Assembly: GCA_034437215.1 (NCBI GenBank)
Contig: DAOTVC010000039.1
Coordinates: 35,188 to 99,187, forward strand
Source of the DNA: Anaerolineae bacterium
Lineage (GTDB): Bacteria; Chloroflexota; Anaerolineae; B4-G1; SLSP01
DNA: 64,000 nucleotides
Reading direction: 5' to 3'
This document shows positions 27,892-38,770 of this stretch, piece by piece (position 1 is the stretch's first letter; the number at the start of each line of letters is the position of its first letter). Made by a program: the position numbers and the translations under genes. The notes under the pieces were generated by a model. It was given only the letters and a program-made list of their open reading frames with translations. It was not told the DNA's origin and did no database searches.

Positions 27892-28002
27892 GATTCCAAC
27901 CTCCTCACTTCTTGCTCTTCCAACCGGCACTCAAACCTGGCACTAGGCCAAGGATCAATGATACCGCATTTCACGCTGTTTGCAAGTTTAACCAACCGGC
28001 CC

Positions 28003-29307
28003 CTACCGCAGGAAACCCTCGTAGTGACGCATCAGCAACTGCGCCTCCAACTGGCGCATGGTATCCACGACCACACCCACGACGATGAGCAAGCCCGAGC
28101 TGCCGATCAGCATCGCGTTGGTATCCATCACCTGGCTGACCACCAAGGGCAGCACGGCGACGAAGCCCAGGAAGAGGGCCCCCGCCAACGTAATGCGGCG
28201 GTAAACGTTGTTGATGAAGATCTCGGTCTTCTTGCCCGGCCGCACGCCGGGGATGAAGCCCCCCTGGCGCTGCAGATTCTCAGGGAGATTCTGCTGCTGG
28301 ACCATGACGTCGGTGTAGAAGTAGGTGAAGCCGACGACGGCGGCGAAGTAGAGGGGGATGTACCAGGGATTGGCACCGCCGAAAAAGCCCATCACGCTCG
28401 TGGCGACGTTCTGCACCGCCGGATTGCTGTTGTTGACGAAGAATTGCGCGATCACCGCCGGGAAGGAGAGAATGGACTGGGCAAAGATCAAGGGGATCAT
28501 GCCCGCGGTGTTCACCTTCAACGGAATGTAGGTGCTCCCCCCGCCGTAGACCTTCATACCCCGTACCCGCTTGCCATACTGGACCCGGATGCGCCGCTCC
28601 CCCTCCTGGACGTAGACGATGACGATCATCGTCAAGACCATGATGAGAAGGAAGATGAAGAGGCCGAGAACGGGATTATCGCCGCCCAGGATCTGCAGGA
28701 TGTTCGTCGGTACCCGGGAGACGATGCCTCCGAAGATGATGAGGGAGAGGCCGTTCCCGATCCCCTGCTCGGTGATCAACTCACCCAGCCAGACGGCGAA
28801 CATCGTCCCCGCCGTCATCGTCAAGAGGACGGTGATCGAGGAGAGGATCTGTCCCTGCCGGAACCCAAAGTTCGGCAGGATGCCGTACTGCACGGCCAGG
28901 GACTGGGCCAGGCCGAAGGAGTAGAGCAGCGCCAGCGGGACCGTCACGAAGAAGACCCACTGATTCATCTTGCGCTGCCCCTCCTCGCCTTCCTCCTTCA
29001 GCATCTGCTCCAGCTTCGGAAAGATAGGGAGCAGGAGCTGCAGGACGATCTGAGCCGTCACGTAGGGTGAGACGCCTGCGGCCAGGACGGAGAAGTTAGC
29101 GATTGCCCCACCGGACAGCATATCCAGCAGCCCGACAAACTCACCCGTCGGGGTCTCCCGCGTCAAGAGCTGTTCCAACGCCGCCCGGTTCACGCCCGGC
29201 ACCGGAATATTGGACGCCAAGCGGAAGATCACCAGGATCAAGAGCGTGTACAACAGCCGACGACGCAGGTCGGGCAGCTTCAGCGCATTACGCAGGGCTT
29301 CAATCAT
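28003..29307 (-). CDS. secY: Preprotein translocase subunit SecY
   Basis: 434 aa, 10 TM, typical SecY N-terminus. Confidence 0.9.
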   Translation of the reverse strand: MIEALRNALKLPDLRRRLLYTLLILVIFRLASNIPVPGVNRAALEQLLTRETPTGEFVGLLDMLSGGAIANFSVLAAGVSPYVTAQIVLQLLLPIFPKLEQMLKEEGEEGQRKMNQWVFFVTVPLALLYSFGLAQSLAVQYGILPNFGFRQGQILSSITVLLTMTAGTMFAVWLGELITEQGIGNGLSLIIFGGIVSRVPTNILQILGGDNPVLGLFIFLLIMVLTMIVIVYVQEGERRIRVQYGKRVRGMKVYGGGSTYIPLKVNTAGMIPLIFAQSILSFPAVIAQFFVNNSNPAVQNVATSVMGFFGGANPWYIPLYFAAVVGFTYFYTDVMVQQQNLPENLQRQGGFIPGVRPGKKTEIFINNVYRRITLAGALFLGFVAVLPLVVSQVMDTNAMLIGSSGLLIVVGVVVDTMRQLEAQLLMRHYEGFLR

Positions 29308-29334
29308 TGTGTCTCCTCCATCGCTTAGGAATCG

Positions 29335-29817
29335 CTAGCGGGTGCGATGCCCGCCCCGTTCCCAGGGCAGCAACTCTACCTGACCGCCAGCACTCTCAAT
29401 CTTCTCACGCGCACCCTTGGAGATGCGATGTGTCTGCACCGTCAGTGGCTGGTCGAGTTCGCCCCGGCCCAACACCACGATCAGATCGGTCGCGTGCTTG
29501 ATCAGTCCGGCCTTCACGAGGGCCTCCGGTGTGACGACGCCGCCGGCTGCGAAACGCTCGGCCAGCTGATCCACGTTCACGGGATGGAACTCGAGCTTCC
29601 ACGGATTGAAGAAACCGGTACCGCGGACGAAGGGCAGCTTCCGCACGAGAGGCAGCTGGCCACCCTCGAAGTAAGGGCGCACCCCGCCGCCGCTGCGCGC
29701 GTTCTGACCCTTGGTACCCCGACCGGCGGTCTTACCCTGTCCGGCAGCGATACCGCGTCCCACGCGACGCTTATTCTTCTTGGACCCTTGAGCGGGTCTA
29801 AGTTCATGTAACTTCAC
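29335..29817 (-). CDS. rplO: 50S ribosomal protein L15
   Basis: Conserved start (V)KLHELRPAQGSKKNKRRVGRG at a GTG with a GGAGG RBS 5 nt upstream; the track start at 29829 is a TTG. Confidence 0.85.
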   Translation of the reverse strand: MKLHELRPAQGSKKNKRRVGRGIAAGQGKTAGRGTKGQNARSGGGVRPYFEGGQLPLVRKLPFVRGTGFFNPWKLEFHPVNVDQLAERFAAGGVVTPEALVKAGLIKHATDLIVVLGRGELDQPLTVQTHRISKGAREKIESAGGQVELLPWERGGHRTR

Positions 29818-29834
29818 CGTAGCCTCCAACTCTC

Positions 29835-30029
29835 TTATGCCTCTGCTTCGATCTCTTCAACTGCGACCAGGTGGGCGACCTTCTCGAGCATGCCCCGTAC
29901 CGCCGCGTTGTCGGGCTGTACGATCACCTGATTCAGTTTGCGCAAGCCCAGGGCCTGGACCGTGCGCTTCTGGCGCCCGGACCGCCCGATGGGGCTGTGA
30001 ATGAGCTTGATCTGCAATTCTTTGGCCAT
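29835..30029 (-). CDS. rpmD: 50S ribosomal protein L30
   Basis: [15 protein letters not shown]..; start overlaps the rpsE stop (ATGATGG). Confidence 0.85.
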   Translation of the reverse strand: MAKELQIKLIHSPIGRSGRQKRTVQALGLRKLNQVIVQPDNAAVRGMLEKVAHLVAVEEIEAEA

Positions 30030-30562
30030 CATACCTCCTCGCGACGCCAGAAGGGCATGACGTGCGCCTCGGGCACGCCGCGGTCACGCGCCACGTCTTC
30101 GACACGGCGCAGGTTGCGCAGGGCGTCCATGGCGGCCTGTGCTACGTTGACCTTCGTGGCGCTGCCCAACGACTTGGTCAGGACGTCCCGCACGCCGGCG
30201 GCCTCCAAAATGGCCCGGACGGCGCCCCCGGCGATAACACCGGTGCCCGGCGTAGCCGGGCGCAAGAAGACCCGCGCGCCACTGCACTCTCCCACCACCT
30301 CGTGAGGCAGTGTGGTGCCTTCCAGCGAGATCGAGGTCATGTTGCGTCGAGCGCGATCCGTCGCCTTGCCGATCGCTTCGGGAACCTTAGGAGCCTTGCC
30401 GATGCCCAGCCCCACCTGTCCCTTATTGTCCCCCACCACCGCCACGACGCGGAAGTGGAAGGTGCGACCGCCCTTGACGACCTTCGCCACCCGAGCGATA
30501 TCCACTACACGTTCATCCAGTTCTTCTTCCACATTACGTGGATTGCGTTCTCTACGTGCCAT
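30029..30562 (-). CDS. rpsE: 30S ribosomal protein S5
   Basis: Typical S5. Confidence 0.9.
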   Translation of the reverse strand: MARRERNPRNVEEELDERVVDIARVAKVVKGGRTFHFRVVAVVGDNKGQVGLGIGKAPKVPEAIGKATDRARRNMTSISLEGTTLPHEVVGECSGARVFLRPATPGTGVIAGGAVRAILEAAGVRDVLTKSLGSATKVNVAQAAMDALRNLRRVEDVARDRGVPEAHVMPFWRREEV

Positions 30563-30598
30563 CTTTTCTCCTGTCGGCTTGATCTACAGCACCCGGCG

Positions 30599-30967
30599 TC
30601 AGAACTCCAGGCCAGTCTTACGAGCAGCCTCAGCCAACGCTTTAATCCGCCCATGGAACTTGTACCCAGCGCGGTCAAAGACGACCTGACGAACACCCTT
30701 GTCCAGGGCCCGTTCTGCTACTGCCCGTCCCACGACTTCAGCCTGTTCCGTCTTCGACTTGCCAGCAACTTGATCGCGAATATCGGTGTCAATCGTAGAC
30801 GCCGACGCCAAGGTGTGGCCGACGGTATCGTCGATAATTTGAGCATACATATGATTCAAGCTGCGAAAGACGTTCAGACGTGGACGTTCAGGCGTACCCA
30901 CCACGCGTTTGCGTACGTGAGCGCGACGCCGTTCACGGGCTTGTCTGCGATTCACTTCTGGTTTCAT
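30599..30967 (-). CDS. rplR: 50S ribosomal protein L18
   Basis: Typical L18. Confidence 0.9.
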   Translation of the reverse strand: MKPEVNRRQARERRRAHVRKRVVGTPERPRLNVFRSLNHMYAQIIDDTVGHTLASASTIDTDIRDQVAGKSKTEQAEVVGRAVAERALDKGVRQVVFDRAGYKFHGRIKALAEAARKTGLEF

Positions 30968-31016
30968 AATTCTTTTACCTCTTCTTCAAACCCTCAGTCT
31001 CACGCGTGTAAGACAC

Positions 31017-31562
31017 TCAGATGGCCTTACCGGCCTTGCCGGCCTTACGGCGGATGCGCTCGCCTACGTAGCGAATGCCCTTGCCCAGGTAGGGCTCGAC
31101 CGGGCGCCAACCACGAATCTCGGCAGCCAACTGGCCGACGACCTGCTTATCCAGCCCCTCCACCACGATAGTGTTCGCGCGCGGATTGACCACAAAGTTC
31201 ACGTCGGCAGGCGGCTCAATCTCTACGGGATGAGAATAACCAAGGTGCATCACCAGCGTGTTCCCCTCCAGCTCGGCACGGTAACCCGTACCGCGGATCT
31301 CCAGGGCCTTGCTGTATCCCTCGGTTACGCCAACGACCATATTGTTGATCAGCGCGCGGGTGAGACCGTGCAGCGCCTTGACCTGACGGCTCTCGTCGGC
31401 ACGGTCAACGTGCACGACGCCGTCTTCCTGGGTGATAACCATGTGAGCATCGAACTCCTGCGTCAACTCACCCTTAGGGCCACGCACAGTCACCCGGCTC
31501 CCGTCAATCTGTACCTCTACGCCGTCCGGAACCGGGATCGGCATATATCCAATTCTAGACAC
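31017..31562 (-). CDS. rplF: 50S ribosomal protein L6
   Basis: Conserved start (V)SRIGYMPIPVP at a GTG with AGGAGGA upstream; the track ORF is extended to 31640. Confidence 0.85.
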   Translation of the reverse strand: MSRIGYMPIPVPDGVEVQIDGSRVTVRGPKGELTQEFDAHMVITQEDGVVHVDRADESRQVKALHGLTRALINNMVVGVTEGYSKALEIRGTGYRAELEGNTLVMHLGYSHPVEIEPPADVNFVVNPRANTIVVEGLDKQVVGQLAAEIRGWRPVEPYLGKGIRYVGERIRRKAGKAGKAI

Positions 31563-31614
31563 TCTAATCCTCCTACGGTAGCCTTTTAGCCGTCGTTCGA
31601 CCGCTCCGGCTACA

Positions 31615-32016
31615 CTACCAGACGTAGCAGACGATCTCACCGCCGACGCGCAGCCGACGGGCCTGCTGTCCGGTCAGGACACCCTTGGGGGTGGAGAGGA
31701 TAGCGATCCCCATGCCACTACGAACCCAAGGAATATCCTTAACCTGGGTGTACAGGCGCCGTCCCGGCTTGCTCACCCGCTTCAGCTCACTGATCACGGA
31801 GCGCTGGAACTTCCCCTCGCCCACGTACTTCAACTTGACGAGCAGGGCGGACTGCGGCTGCTCCTCCACCACCTTGAAATCCTCAATGTACCCTTCGTCC
31901 TTCAGAATCTTCGCAATCGCGACCTTCATGCTCGACGAGGGCATGGAGACGACGTCGTGTCGTGCCATGATACCATTGCGGATTCGAGTCAGCATATCAG
32001 CTATTGGGTCTGTCAT
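31615..32016 (-). CDS. rpsH: 30S ribosomal protein S8
   Basis: Start [15 protein letters not shown]; the track ORF is extended to 32079. Confidence 0.85.
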   Translation of the reverse strand: MTDPIADMLTRIRNGIMARHDVVSMPSSSMKVAIAKILKDEGYIEDFKVVEEQPQSALLVKLKYVGEGKFQRSVISELKRVSKPGRRLYTQVKDIPWVRSGMGIAILSTPKGVLTGQQARRLRVGGEIVCYVW

Positions 32017-32026
32017 TCTCTCCACC

Positions 32027-32209
32027 TCACCAGCTGGACTTGACCAGACCGGGAATCTTTCCCTCGAGGGCCAACTCACGAATACAGATTCGGCAGAGGC
32101 CGAACCGGCGGTAGTACCCTCGGGGGCGACCGCAACGACGACAGCGGTTGCGCACGCGCACCTTGTACTTACGTCGCGTCTCCCGAATCGGCATAGATGT
32201 CTTAGCCAT
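32027..32209 (-). CDS. rpsZ: 30S ribosomal protein S14 type Z, zinc-binding 61-aa form
   Basis: [20 protein letters not shown] Cys4 motif. Confidence 0.9.
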   Translation of the reverse strand: MAKTSMPIRETRRKYKVRVRNRCRRCGRPRGYYRRFGLCRICIRELALEGKIPGLVKSSW

Positions 32210-32233
32210 AACTTATCTTTCTCCTTGTCCGAC

Positions 32234-32773
32234 CTACGCCCGACGGAAGGGCATACCCAACAGCTCCAGGAGCCGCCGCCCTTCTTCGTCGGTTTCGGCT
32301 GTCGTTGCGATGCTCACCTCAAAGCCCCGGACCTTGTCGATACTGTCGTAGTCGATCTCGGGGAACAGCAACTGCTCCCGCAGCCCCAGCGTGTAGTTCC
32401 CACGCCCGTCCAGCTTGTCCCCTACGCCGCGGAAGTCGCGGGTACGGGGCAGAGCGACGTTCATCAGCCGGTCCAGGAAGGCCCACATGCGCTCACCGCG
32501 CAGGGTCACCTTCACACCAATGGCCCGCCCCTCGCGCAGCTTGAAGCTGGCGATGGACTTGCGCGCCTTGGTCACCACAGGTTGCTGGCCCGCAATCGTC
32601 GCCATGTCGCGCGTCGCGTGCTCGACGGCCTTGGGATTATCCAACGCCTCCCCGAGCCCCACGTTCAGCACCACCTTGCGGATGCGGGGCACCTGCATCA
32701 CATTGTCGTAACCGAACTCCTTCATCAGGGTCGGAACGATCTCTTTCTCATAACGTCTCTTCAGATCAGGCAT
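32234..32773 (-). CDS. rplE: 50S ribosomal protein L5
   Basis: Typical L5. Confidence 0.9.
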   Translation of the reverse strand: MPDLKRRYEKEIVPTLMKEFGYDNVMQVPRIRKVVLNVGLGEALDNPKAVEHATRDMATIAGQQPVVTKARKSIASFKLREGRAIGVKVTLRGERMWAFLDRLMNVALPRTRDFRGVGDKLDGRGNYTLGLREQLLFPEIDYDSIDKVRGFEVSIATTAETDEEGRRLLELLGMPFRRA

Positions 32774-32785
32774 CCTTCACACCTC

Positions 32786-33109
32786 CTAGTCGATGGTCTC
32801 GCCGCACTGTTTGCAGAGCCGCACCTTCGTGCCGTCCTCGCGCGTCGTATAACCGACCCGCGTGGCCTCATTGCACTCCGGGCAGACCAACATGACGTTG
32901 GAAATATGAATCGGAGCCTCGAACTGAATCCGCCCTGCCTGCGTCTGCGAGCGACCGGCCCGCACGGGGCGCTGGTGCTTCGTAACGACGTTGACCTTGG
33001 AGACCACAACGCGGTCTTCCTTGGGCAGGACACGCAGGACGGTATTGCGGGCGCCAATATCGTCGCCGGCAATCACTTCAACCGTGTCACCTTTTCTGAT
33101 CCGATTCAT
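32786..33109 (-). CDS. rplX: 50S ribosomal protein L24 (KOW domain) with a C-terminal Cys4 motif (CPEC..CKQC)
   Basis: [22 protein letters not shown] start. The C-terminal region aligns with E. coli ..[23 protein letters not shown] but carries four Cys. Confidence 0.85.
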   Translation of the reverse strand: MNRIRKGDTVEVIAGDDIGARNTVLRVLPKEDRVVVSKVNVVTKHQRPVRAGRSQTQAGRIQFEAPIHISNVMLVCPECNEATRVGYTTREDGTKVRLCKQCGETID

Positions 33110-33131
33110 TCTTCTACCACCTCGGCACCCC

Positions 33132-33503
33132 TCAAAGCACTTCCGGTGCCAATGAAATAATCTTCATGTATCCCTTGTCACGGAGCTCGCGGGCCACCGG
33201 CCCAAAGATGCGGGTTCCGCGCGGGTTGATTCCCGTACTGTCCAGAATCACAGCTGCGTTATCATCAAAACGGATATAAGAGCCATCCGGACGGCGGTAC
33301 TCCTTAGCCACCCGTACGATCACGGCCCGAACAATCTCACCCTTCTTGACGGACGAAGTCGGCGTGGCCGACTTCACCGTCGCAACGATGCGGTCGCCCA
33401 CGGAGCCGTACTTCCGTCTTGAACCACCCATGACCTGAATGCAGAGCAGCTCTTGTGCTCCCGTATTGTCTGCCACCTTGAGGCGCGTCTCGGATTGAAT
33501 CAT
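33132..33503 (-). CDS. rplN: 50S ribosomal protein L14
   Basis: [16 protein letters not shown].. Confidence 0.9.
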   Translation of the reverse strand: MIQSETRLKVADNTGAQELLCIQVMGGSRRKYGSVGDRIVATVKSATPTSSVKKGEIVRAVIVRVAKEYRRPDGSYIRFDDNAAVILDSTGINPRGTRIFGPVARELRDKGYMKIISLAPEVL

Positions 33504-33512
33504 CGTTCCTCC

Positions 33513-33764
33513 TTACGCAGCCCGCTCCAGGACCTCTTCGACAGCCCAGCGCTTGCGGCGGCTCAGGGGACGCGACTCCACAATCTGTACGCGATCACCC
33601 AGACGGCAGGCATTCTCCTCGTCGTGCGCCATGTACTTCGTGGCGTCCCGCACCACCTTCTTGTAGAGCGGGTGACGATAGGTGCGCTCCACGCGCACGA
33701 CCACTGTCTTGTCCATCTTGTCGCTGGTCACAACACCGACCAGACGCTTGCGCCGCTCTTTCAT
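33513..33764 (-). CDS. rpsQ: 30S ribosomal protein S17
   Basis: Typical S17. Confidence 0.9.
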   Translation of the reverse strand: MKERRKRLVGVVTSDKMDKTVVVRVERTYRHPLYKKVVRDATKYMAHDEENACRLGDRVQIVESRPLSRRKRWAVEEVLERAA

Positions 33765-33979
33765 GCCGCGCCTCCTTTCTCGTGCTGCGCCTGCAGCTCC
33801 CGCTCGCGCAGAATAGTTAGAATACGAGCGATGTCCTTGCGCACAGCCGTGATGGCGTTCTTGTCAATCAGACTGCCTGCATACCACTGCTGCCGCAGGT
33901 TGAAGAGCTCGCGCCGAGTCTCCTGGAGACGATGCTGCAGTTCTTCCGTTGTAAATTCGCGTAGTTTGTTCGCTTGCAT
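33761..33979 (-). CDS. rpmC: 50S ribosomal protein L29
   Basis: Typical L29. Confidence 0.85.
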   Translation of the reverse strand: MQANKLREFTTEELQHRLQETRRELFNLRQQWYAGSLIDKNAITAVRKDIARILTILRERELQAQHEKGGAA

Positions 33980-33982
33980 CGC

Positions 33983-34414
33983 TTACTCTCCCGCCGCTTC
34001 GCCCGGCTCCAGGCGACGCAGCACCTGGGTTCTGATCGGCAGCTTGTGCGAAGCCAGACGCAGAGCTTCCAGCGCCACCTCTTCCGAAACACCCGCCACC
34101 TCGAACATGACGCGACCGGGGCGCACGACGGCGACCCACTGCTCAACCATGCCCTTGCCCTTACCCATGCGGGATTCGGCGGGCTTGGCGGTGACCGGCT
34201 TGTCGGGGAAGATTCGAATCCAGTACTTCCCCCGGCGCTTCATGTAGCGCACGATGGCCCGGCGCGCCGCCTCGATCTGGCGAGCGGTGATCCACGAGGG
34301 CTCCAGCGCCTGCAGTCCGAAATCACCAAAACTGACCTCGGTCCCGCGGCTCTCCTTGCCCTTCATGCGCCCGCGATGTTGTCTGCGGTACTTTACCCGC
34401 TTCGGCATTAACAT
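33983..34414 (-). CDS. rplP: 50S ribosomal protein L16
   Basis: [16 protein letters not shown].. Confidence 0.9.
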   Translation of the reverse strand: MLMPKRVKYRRQHRGRMKGKESRGTEVSFGDFGLQALEPSWITARQIEAARRAIVRYMKRRGKYWIRIFPDKPVTAKPAESRMGKGKGMVEQWVAVVRPGRVMFEVAGVSEEVALEALRLASHKLPIRTQVLRRLEPGEAAGE

Positions 34415-34441
34415 AACAATTCCTCCTCCACCTAACGTCGG

Positions 34442-35125
34442 CTAGCGGGCGGACGACTCTTCAGCCGTCTGTCCGGGCAGGATCTCGCCCCTGTACACCC
34501 AGACCTTCACGCCGATGCGTCCATAGGTGGTGCGCGCCTCTTCCTGCGCATAGTCGATGTCAGCGCGCAGGGTCTGCAGCGGAACGCGCCCTTCGCGCAT
34601 CCAATCGCGGCGGGACATCTCCGAACCGCCCAGCCGCCCACTGCACATCACCTTGATGCCCTCGGCACCCGCCCGCATCGCCTGCCGCACCGCGCGCTTC
34701 ATCGCCCGGCTGTGATAGATACGCCGCTCCAGCTGGGAGACGATGTTCTCGGCGATCAGCTTCGCGTCCAGGTCGGGCTGCTCCACTTCCTTCACGTCCA
34801 CGTGAACGCGCTTGCCACCGGTCAGCTCCTCGAGCTGCTTGCGCAGCGCCTTGACGTTCTCGCCCTTGCGCCCGATGACGACACCCGGCCGGGAGGTCCA
34901 GATCTCGATGGAGACCTGATTGGGCGGGAAACGCTCGATCTCCACCCGGGAGATGGAAGACTGCCCGTCCTTCGAGCGCTTCTTCATCTCCGAGTAGATC
35001 AGGTTGCGAACGTGCCGGTCCTCATTCAAGAGATCGGCGTAGGTCCGGCCTTCGGCGTACCACCGTGACTTCCAGTCCCGAATAACCTTTAAACGAAATC
35101 CATAAGGATGAACTTTACGACCCAA
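34442..35125 (-). CDS. rpsC: 30S ribosomal protein S3
   Basis: [24 protein letters not shown].. with a KH domain. Confidence 0.9.
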   Translation of the reverse strand: MGRKVHPYGFRLKVIRDWKSRWYAEGRTYADLLNEDRHVRNLIYSEMKKRSKDGQSSISRVEIERFPPNQVSIEIWTSRPGVVIGRKGENVKALRKQLEELTGGKRVHVDVKEVEQPDLDAKLIAENIVSQLERRIYHSRAMKRAVRQAMRAGAEGIKVMCSGRLGGSEMSRRDWMREGRVPLQTLRADIDYAQEEARTTYGRIGVKVWVYRGEILPGQTAEESSAR

Positions 35126-35139
35126 AATTGGCCTCCTTT

Positions 35140-35505
35140 TTACTCAACGCGTTCTTCAAGAACGACGGTGATGTGGGACGAGCGCTTACGGATGGGGCGA
35201 TACCGACCGCGGCTTCCCCATCGCACGCGCCAACCCTTACCGGGCATCACGCCCGGTCCCTCGTCGGCGTAGAGCTCCACGATGTAGAGGCTGTCCGAGT
35301 CCAGGCCCTTCTCCTCGGCATTGGCGATCGCCGAGCGAATGACCTTCCGGACCGGTAGTGCCGCTGCGTGGGGCATCTCGTCCAGCAGAATAATAGCCTG
35401 CTGAGCGTTCATCCCCCGGAAGGGCGGTAAAACCCGCCGCACCTTGCGCGGAGTCATCGGAATGTGTTTGGCTTGTGCACGTACCTGTTCTTCCATGCGC
35501 GCCAC
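35140..35505 (-). CDS. rplV: 50S ribosomal protein L22
   Basis: ..[32 protein letters not shown]. Confidence 0.85.
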   Translation of the reverse strand: MARMEEQVRAQAKHIPMTPRKVRRVLPPFRGMNAQQAIILLDEMPHAAALPVRKVIRSAIANAEEKGLDSDSLYIVELYADEGPGVMPGKGWRVRWGSRGRYRPIRKRSSHITVVLEERVE

Positions 35506-35787
35506 CTACAACACCCTTCCCTTTTTCTCTCGCATCACGTGCCCCCGGAAGGTCCGCGTCGGCGCAAACTCTCCCAGCCGATGACCTACCATGTTCTCGG
35601 TGATGTAGATGGGTACGTGCCGCCGCCCATCGTGGACGGCGAGGGTGTGCCCCACCATCTGGGGGAAGATGACCGAGGCCCGTGACCAGGTGCGGATGAC
35701 CCGCTTCTGACCGGTCCGGTTCATCTCTTCGACCTTCTCCAACAACTTCGGGGCGATATACGGCCCCTTCTTCAACGAACGGGACAT
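35506..35787 (-). CDS. rpsS: 30S ribosomal protein S19
   Basis: [16 protein letters not shown].. Confidence 0.9.
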   Translation of the reverse strand: MSRSLKKGPYIAPKLLEKVEEMNRTGQKRVIRTWSRASVIFPQMVGHTLAVHDGRRHVPIYITENMVGHRLGEFAPTRTFRGHVMREKKGRVL

Positions 35788-35799
35788 CTCTGCCTCCTC

Positions 35800-36645
35800 T
35801 TACTTGCGCCCGCGACCGGCCTTGCGCCGCCGGACAATGTACTTATCGGTCGCCTTATTCCTGCGGGTCTTGCGCCCCAAGGTGTACCAACCCCACGGCG
35901 ACTTGGGCCCGGGCAGCCCGATGGGCGACCGGCCCTCACCACCACCGTGCGGGTGGTCGCGCGGGGACATGGCCGAACCGCGAACGGTAGGCCGCCAACC
36001 CAGCCAGCGCTTGCGCCCAGCCTTACCCAACTTCACGTTGGCATGCTCGACGTTGCCCACCTGACCGATAGTTGCCATACACTCCTTGCGCACCAGACGC
36101 ATCTCCGTGCTGGGGAGACGGAGGGTGACGTAGTCCCCTTCCTTGGCGAGCACCTGGGCAGCCGCACCGGCGGCCCGCACCATCTGCCCACCCCGTCCCG
36201 GATAGAGCTCCACGTTGTGCACCATGGTACCCAGAGGAATGTTCTGCAACGGCGTCGCATTCCCCACACTCACCTCGACCGACTCGGTGTCGCTGACGAC
36301 GGTGTCGCCCACCTTCAGGCCCAAGGGGGCCAGAATGTAGCGCTTCTCGCCATCGGCGTAGTGCAAGAGCGCGATCCGTCCCGAACGGTTGGGATCGTAC
36401 TCGATGGATGCCACACGGGCCGGCACACCGTGCTTGTCCCGCTGGAAGTCGATGACGCGATACTTGCGTCGATGACCACCCCCGCGATGGCGCACGGTAA
36501 TGCGCCCGTAGACGTTCCGACCGGCCCGCTTGCTCAGCGGCTTGACCAGGCTCTTCTCCGGCTCGGTGCGCGTAATCTCCTCAAACGTGTGCCCGGTCAT
36601 CCAACGCCGACCGGGTGACGTCGGCTTAAACTTTTTCATTGCCAT
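35800..36645 (-). CDS. rplB: 50S ribosomal protein L2
   Basis: ..[11 protein letters not shown].. typical L2. Confidence 0.9.
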   Translation of the reverse strand: MAMKKFKPTSPGRRWMTGHTFEEITRTEPEKSLVKPLSKRAGRNVYGRITVRHRGGGHRRKYRVIDFQRDKHGVPARVASIEYDPNRSGRIALLHYADGEKRYILAPLGLKVGDTVVSDTESVEVSVGNATPLQNIPLGTMVHNVELYPGRGGQMVRAAGAAAQVLAKEGDYVTLRLPSTEMRLVRKECMATIGQVGNVEHANVKLGKAGRKRWLGWRPTVRGSAMSPRDHPHGGGEGRSPIGLPGPKSPWGWYTLGRKTRRNKATDKYIVRRRKAGRGRK

Positions 36646-36650
36646 GGTTC

Positions 36651-36938
36651 TTACGCCTCCAAAGCCTCTATGCGCTGGCCGGAAGCGAGGGTGACGATGG
36701 CCTTCTTCCAGACGGGCCGGCGGACCATGACCCGCCGCCCTCGCATCTTGGAGGCCTTAGCCGGCATCACCATCACGTTGACGTTCTCCACATCCACGTC
36801 GTAGATCTCCTCGACCGCGCGCTTAATCTCTGACTTATTGGCATGGAGATTCACCTCGAAGGTGTACTTCCCCAGCCACTTCTGCGACTCCGTCTTCTCT
36901 GTAATGAGCGGGCGTACAATCACATCGTAGATATTCAT
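36651..36938 (-). CDS. rplW: 50S ribosomal protein L23
   Basis: [16 protein letters not shown].. Confidence 0.9.
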   Translation of the reverse strand: MNIYDVIVRPLITEKTESQKWLGKYTFEVNLHANKSEIKRAVEEIYDVDVENVNVMVMPAKASKMRGRRVMVRRPVWKKAIVTLASGQRIEALEA

Positions 36939-37603
36939 GATTGCTCCTCAACCTCGGGCTCCGCCTCTGCCACACCCTGCTTGCCCAGAAGGGACACAAT
37001 GGTGTCCAGCGCCGCGACCGGGGCGACGATGTAGTCGGCGCCCAGCAGATCCCGCACGTTCAAGTAGTCGGCGCGTAGAATCTGCACCGTGGGGATGTTC
37101 CGCACGGCCCGTTCGAGGATCTCGTCACGCTCGGGCAACAGAATCAACACCTTGCCCTCGCTCACGTTCAAATTGTTCAGCGTCTGGACGATCTCCCGGG
37201 TCTTGGGCGCTGCCATCTGCAGCTCGTCGAGCCACACGATCTCATCGGCGGCCATCTTCACCGAAAGGGCGGAGCGGACCGCGGCCCGATGCATCTTGCG
37301 GGGCATCTTCTTGGTATAGCTGCGGGGCAGGGGGCCGTGAGCAATCCCACCACCGACAAAGATGGGGGCATTGCGGCTGCCGTGACGCGCCCGTCCCGTG
37401 CCCTTCTGCCGGTACCACTTCGACTTAGAACGGTTATTCTCACTTCGAGTCTTCGTGCTGTGTGTCCCCTGTCGCCCGTTGGCCAGCTGGCGTACCAGCG
37501 CCTGGTGCATCAAGGGCACGTTCACGGGAGCCTCGAAGATGTCCGGGCGCAGCTCGATCTCCTCGACCGTCTCGCCCTGCATATTCCGCACAGGAACGCG
37601 CAT
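36935..37603 (-). CDS. rplD: 50S ribosomal protein L4
   Basis: Start MRVPVRNMQGETVEEIEL with a GGGAGG RBS; the track ORF is extended to 37732 and overlaps rplC. Confidence 0.85.
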   Translation of the reverse strand: MRVPVRNMQGETVEEIELRPDIFEAPVNVPLMHQALVRQLANGRQGTHSTKTRSENNRSKSKWYRQKGTGRARHGSRNAPIFVGGGIAHGPLPRSYTKKMPRKMHRAAVRSALSVKMAADEIVWLDELQMAAPKTREIVQTLNNLNVSEGKVLILLPERDEILERAVRNIPTVQILRADYLNVRDLLGADYIVAPVAALDTIVSLLGKQGVAEAEPEVEEQS

Positions 37604-37604
37604 C

Positions 37605-38255
37605 TTACCTACCTCCCTTGCGCACCCGCTGCTTCCGGGCCAACTGCACCTCGACCAACCCTCCGTTGGGTCCGGGCACGCTGCCCTTGACCGCCAGAAG
37701 ATTGCGCTCCGGATCAACGAGCACGACCTCAACGTTCTGCGATGTCACACGCCGCACACCCATGTGCCCGGGCATGCGCATCCCTTTCCAGACCCGACCG
37801 GGTGAAGCGCTGGCCCCGATGGAGCCGGGCGCGCGCTGGCGGTCGGACTGACCGTGGGTCTTGGGACCACCGGCAAAACCGTGGCGCTTCACCACGCCGG
37901 CGAACCCCCGGCCCTTCGATGTCCCTACGACGTCGACGCGCTCACCGGGCTCGAAGATATCGGCCTTGAGCTCCTGGCCGACCTCGTACTCGTCGTCCTC
38001 GCGGACACGCATCTCGCGGAGGTGCCGCAGAGGCGGTACGCCCGCACGATCGAGGTGACCCCGCTGCCCACCCGTAAGGTGTTTCTCCTTAGCCACTTCA
38101 AATCCCAGCTGAACGGCGCGATAGCCATCTTTCTCGGCTGTTTTTACCTGCGTGATGTAGCAGGGACCGACCTCAATTACGGTCACCGGTACCACCTCGC
38201 CGTTCTCTTGAATCACCTGGGTCATCCCAGCCTTACGACCTAAAATGCCTTTCAT
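37605..38255 (-). CDS. rplC: 50S ribosomal protein L3
   Basis: [15 protein letters not shown].. Confidence 0.9.
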   Translation of the reverse strand: MKGILGRKAGMTQVIQENGEVVPVTVIEVGPCYITQVKTAEKDGYRAVQLGFEVAKEKHLTGGQRGHLDRAGVPPLRHLREMRVREDDEYEVGQELKADIFEPGERVDVVGTSKGRGFAGVVKRHGFAGGPKTHGQSDRQRAPGSIGASASPGRVWKGMRMPGHMGVRRVTSQNVEVVLVDPERNLLAVKGSVPGPNGGLVEVQLARKQRVRKGGR

Positions 38256-38434
38256 CCTTCTTTATGCCTCCTGGGGACTGCCGGCGCTCCAGGCGCCACA
38301 TCATCCCTGCTCTTTTGCCCACGATCACCCCCCCGGTCCCTGCCCCATTGGTACAGGCACCAGGGGGGTGGTGGTTCAATCTCTGTTAACCAGCGGTCCC
38401 AATGACCGCATGGCCTATGATGCGAGACGAGAGC

Positions 38435-38743
38435 TTAGAGCTTGATCTCGATATCAACCCCTGCCGGCATGTTGAGCCGCATCAGGGTGTCGATGGTCTT
38501 CGAATCCGGCTCCACTATATCGATCAGCCGCTTGTGTGTGCGGATCTCGAAGTGCTCGTGGCTGTCCTTATCGATGAAGGTGGAGCGCCGCACCGTGAAA
38601 CGCTCGAGCTTGGTCGGCAAGGGCACCGGCCCCACAACGCGGGCCCCCGTGCGCTCTGCCGACTCGACGATACGCCGAGCGGATTCGTCCAAAATTCGAT
38701 GATCGTACCCTTTGAGCCGAATGCGAATACGTTGTTTACTCAT
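38435..38743 (-). CDS. rpsJ: 30S ribosomal protein S10
   Basis: [19 protein letters not shown].. Confidence 0.9.
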   Translation of the reverse strand: MSKQRIRIRLKGYDHRILDESARRIVESAERTGARVVGPVPLPTKLERFTVRRSTFIDKDSHEHFEIRTHKRLIDIVEPDSKTIDTLMRLNMPAGVDIEIKL

Positions 38744-38770
38744 AGACCACCTAGCTATATGCTGCCGGAA

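Noticed and set aside
27892-28002. infA between rpmJ and secY
   Set aside because: The gap is only about 110 bp, too short for IF-1 (~72 aa), and no ORF is present. infA, adk and map appear to be genuinely absent from this locus.
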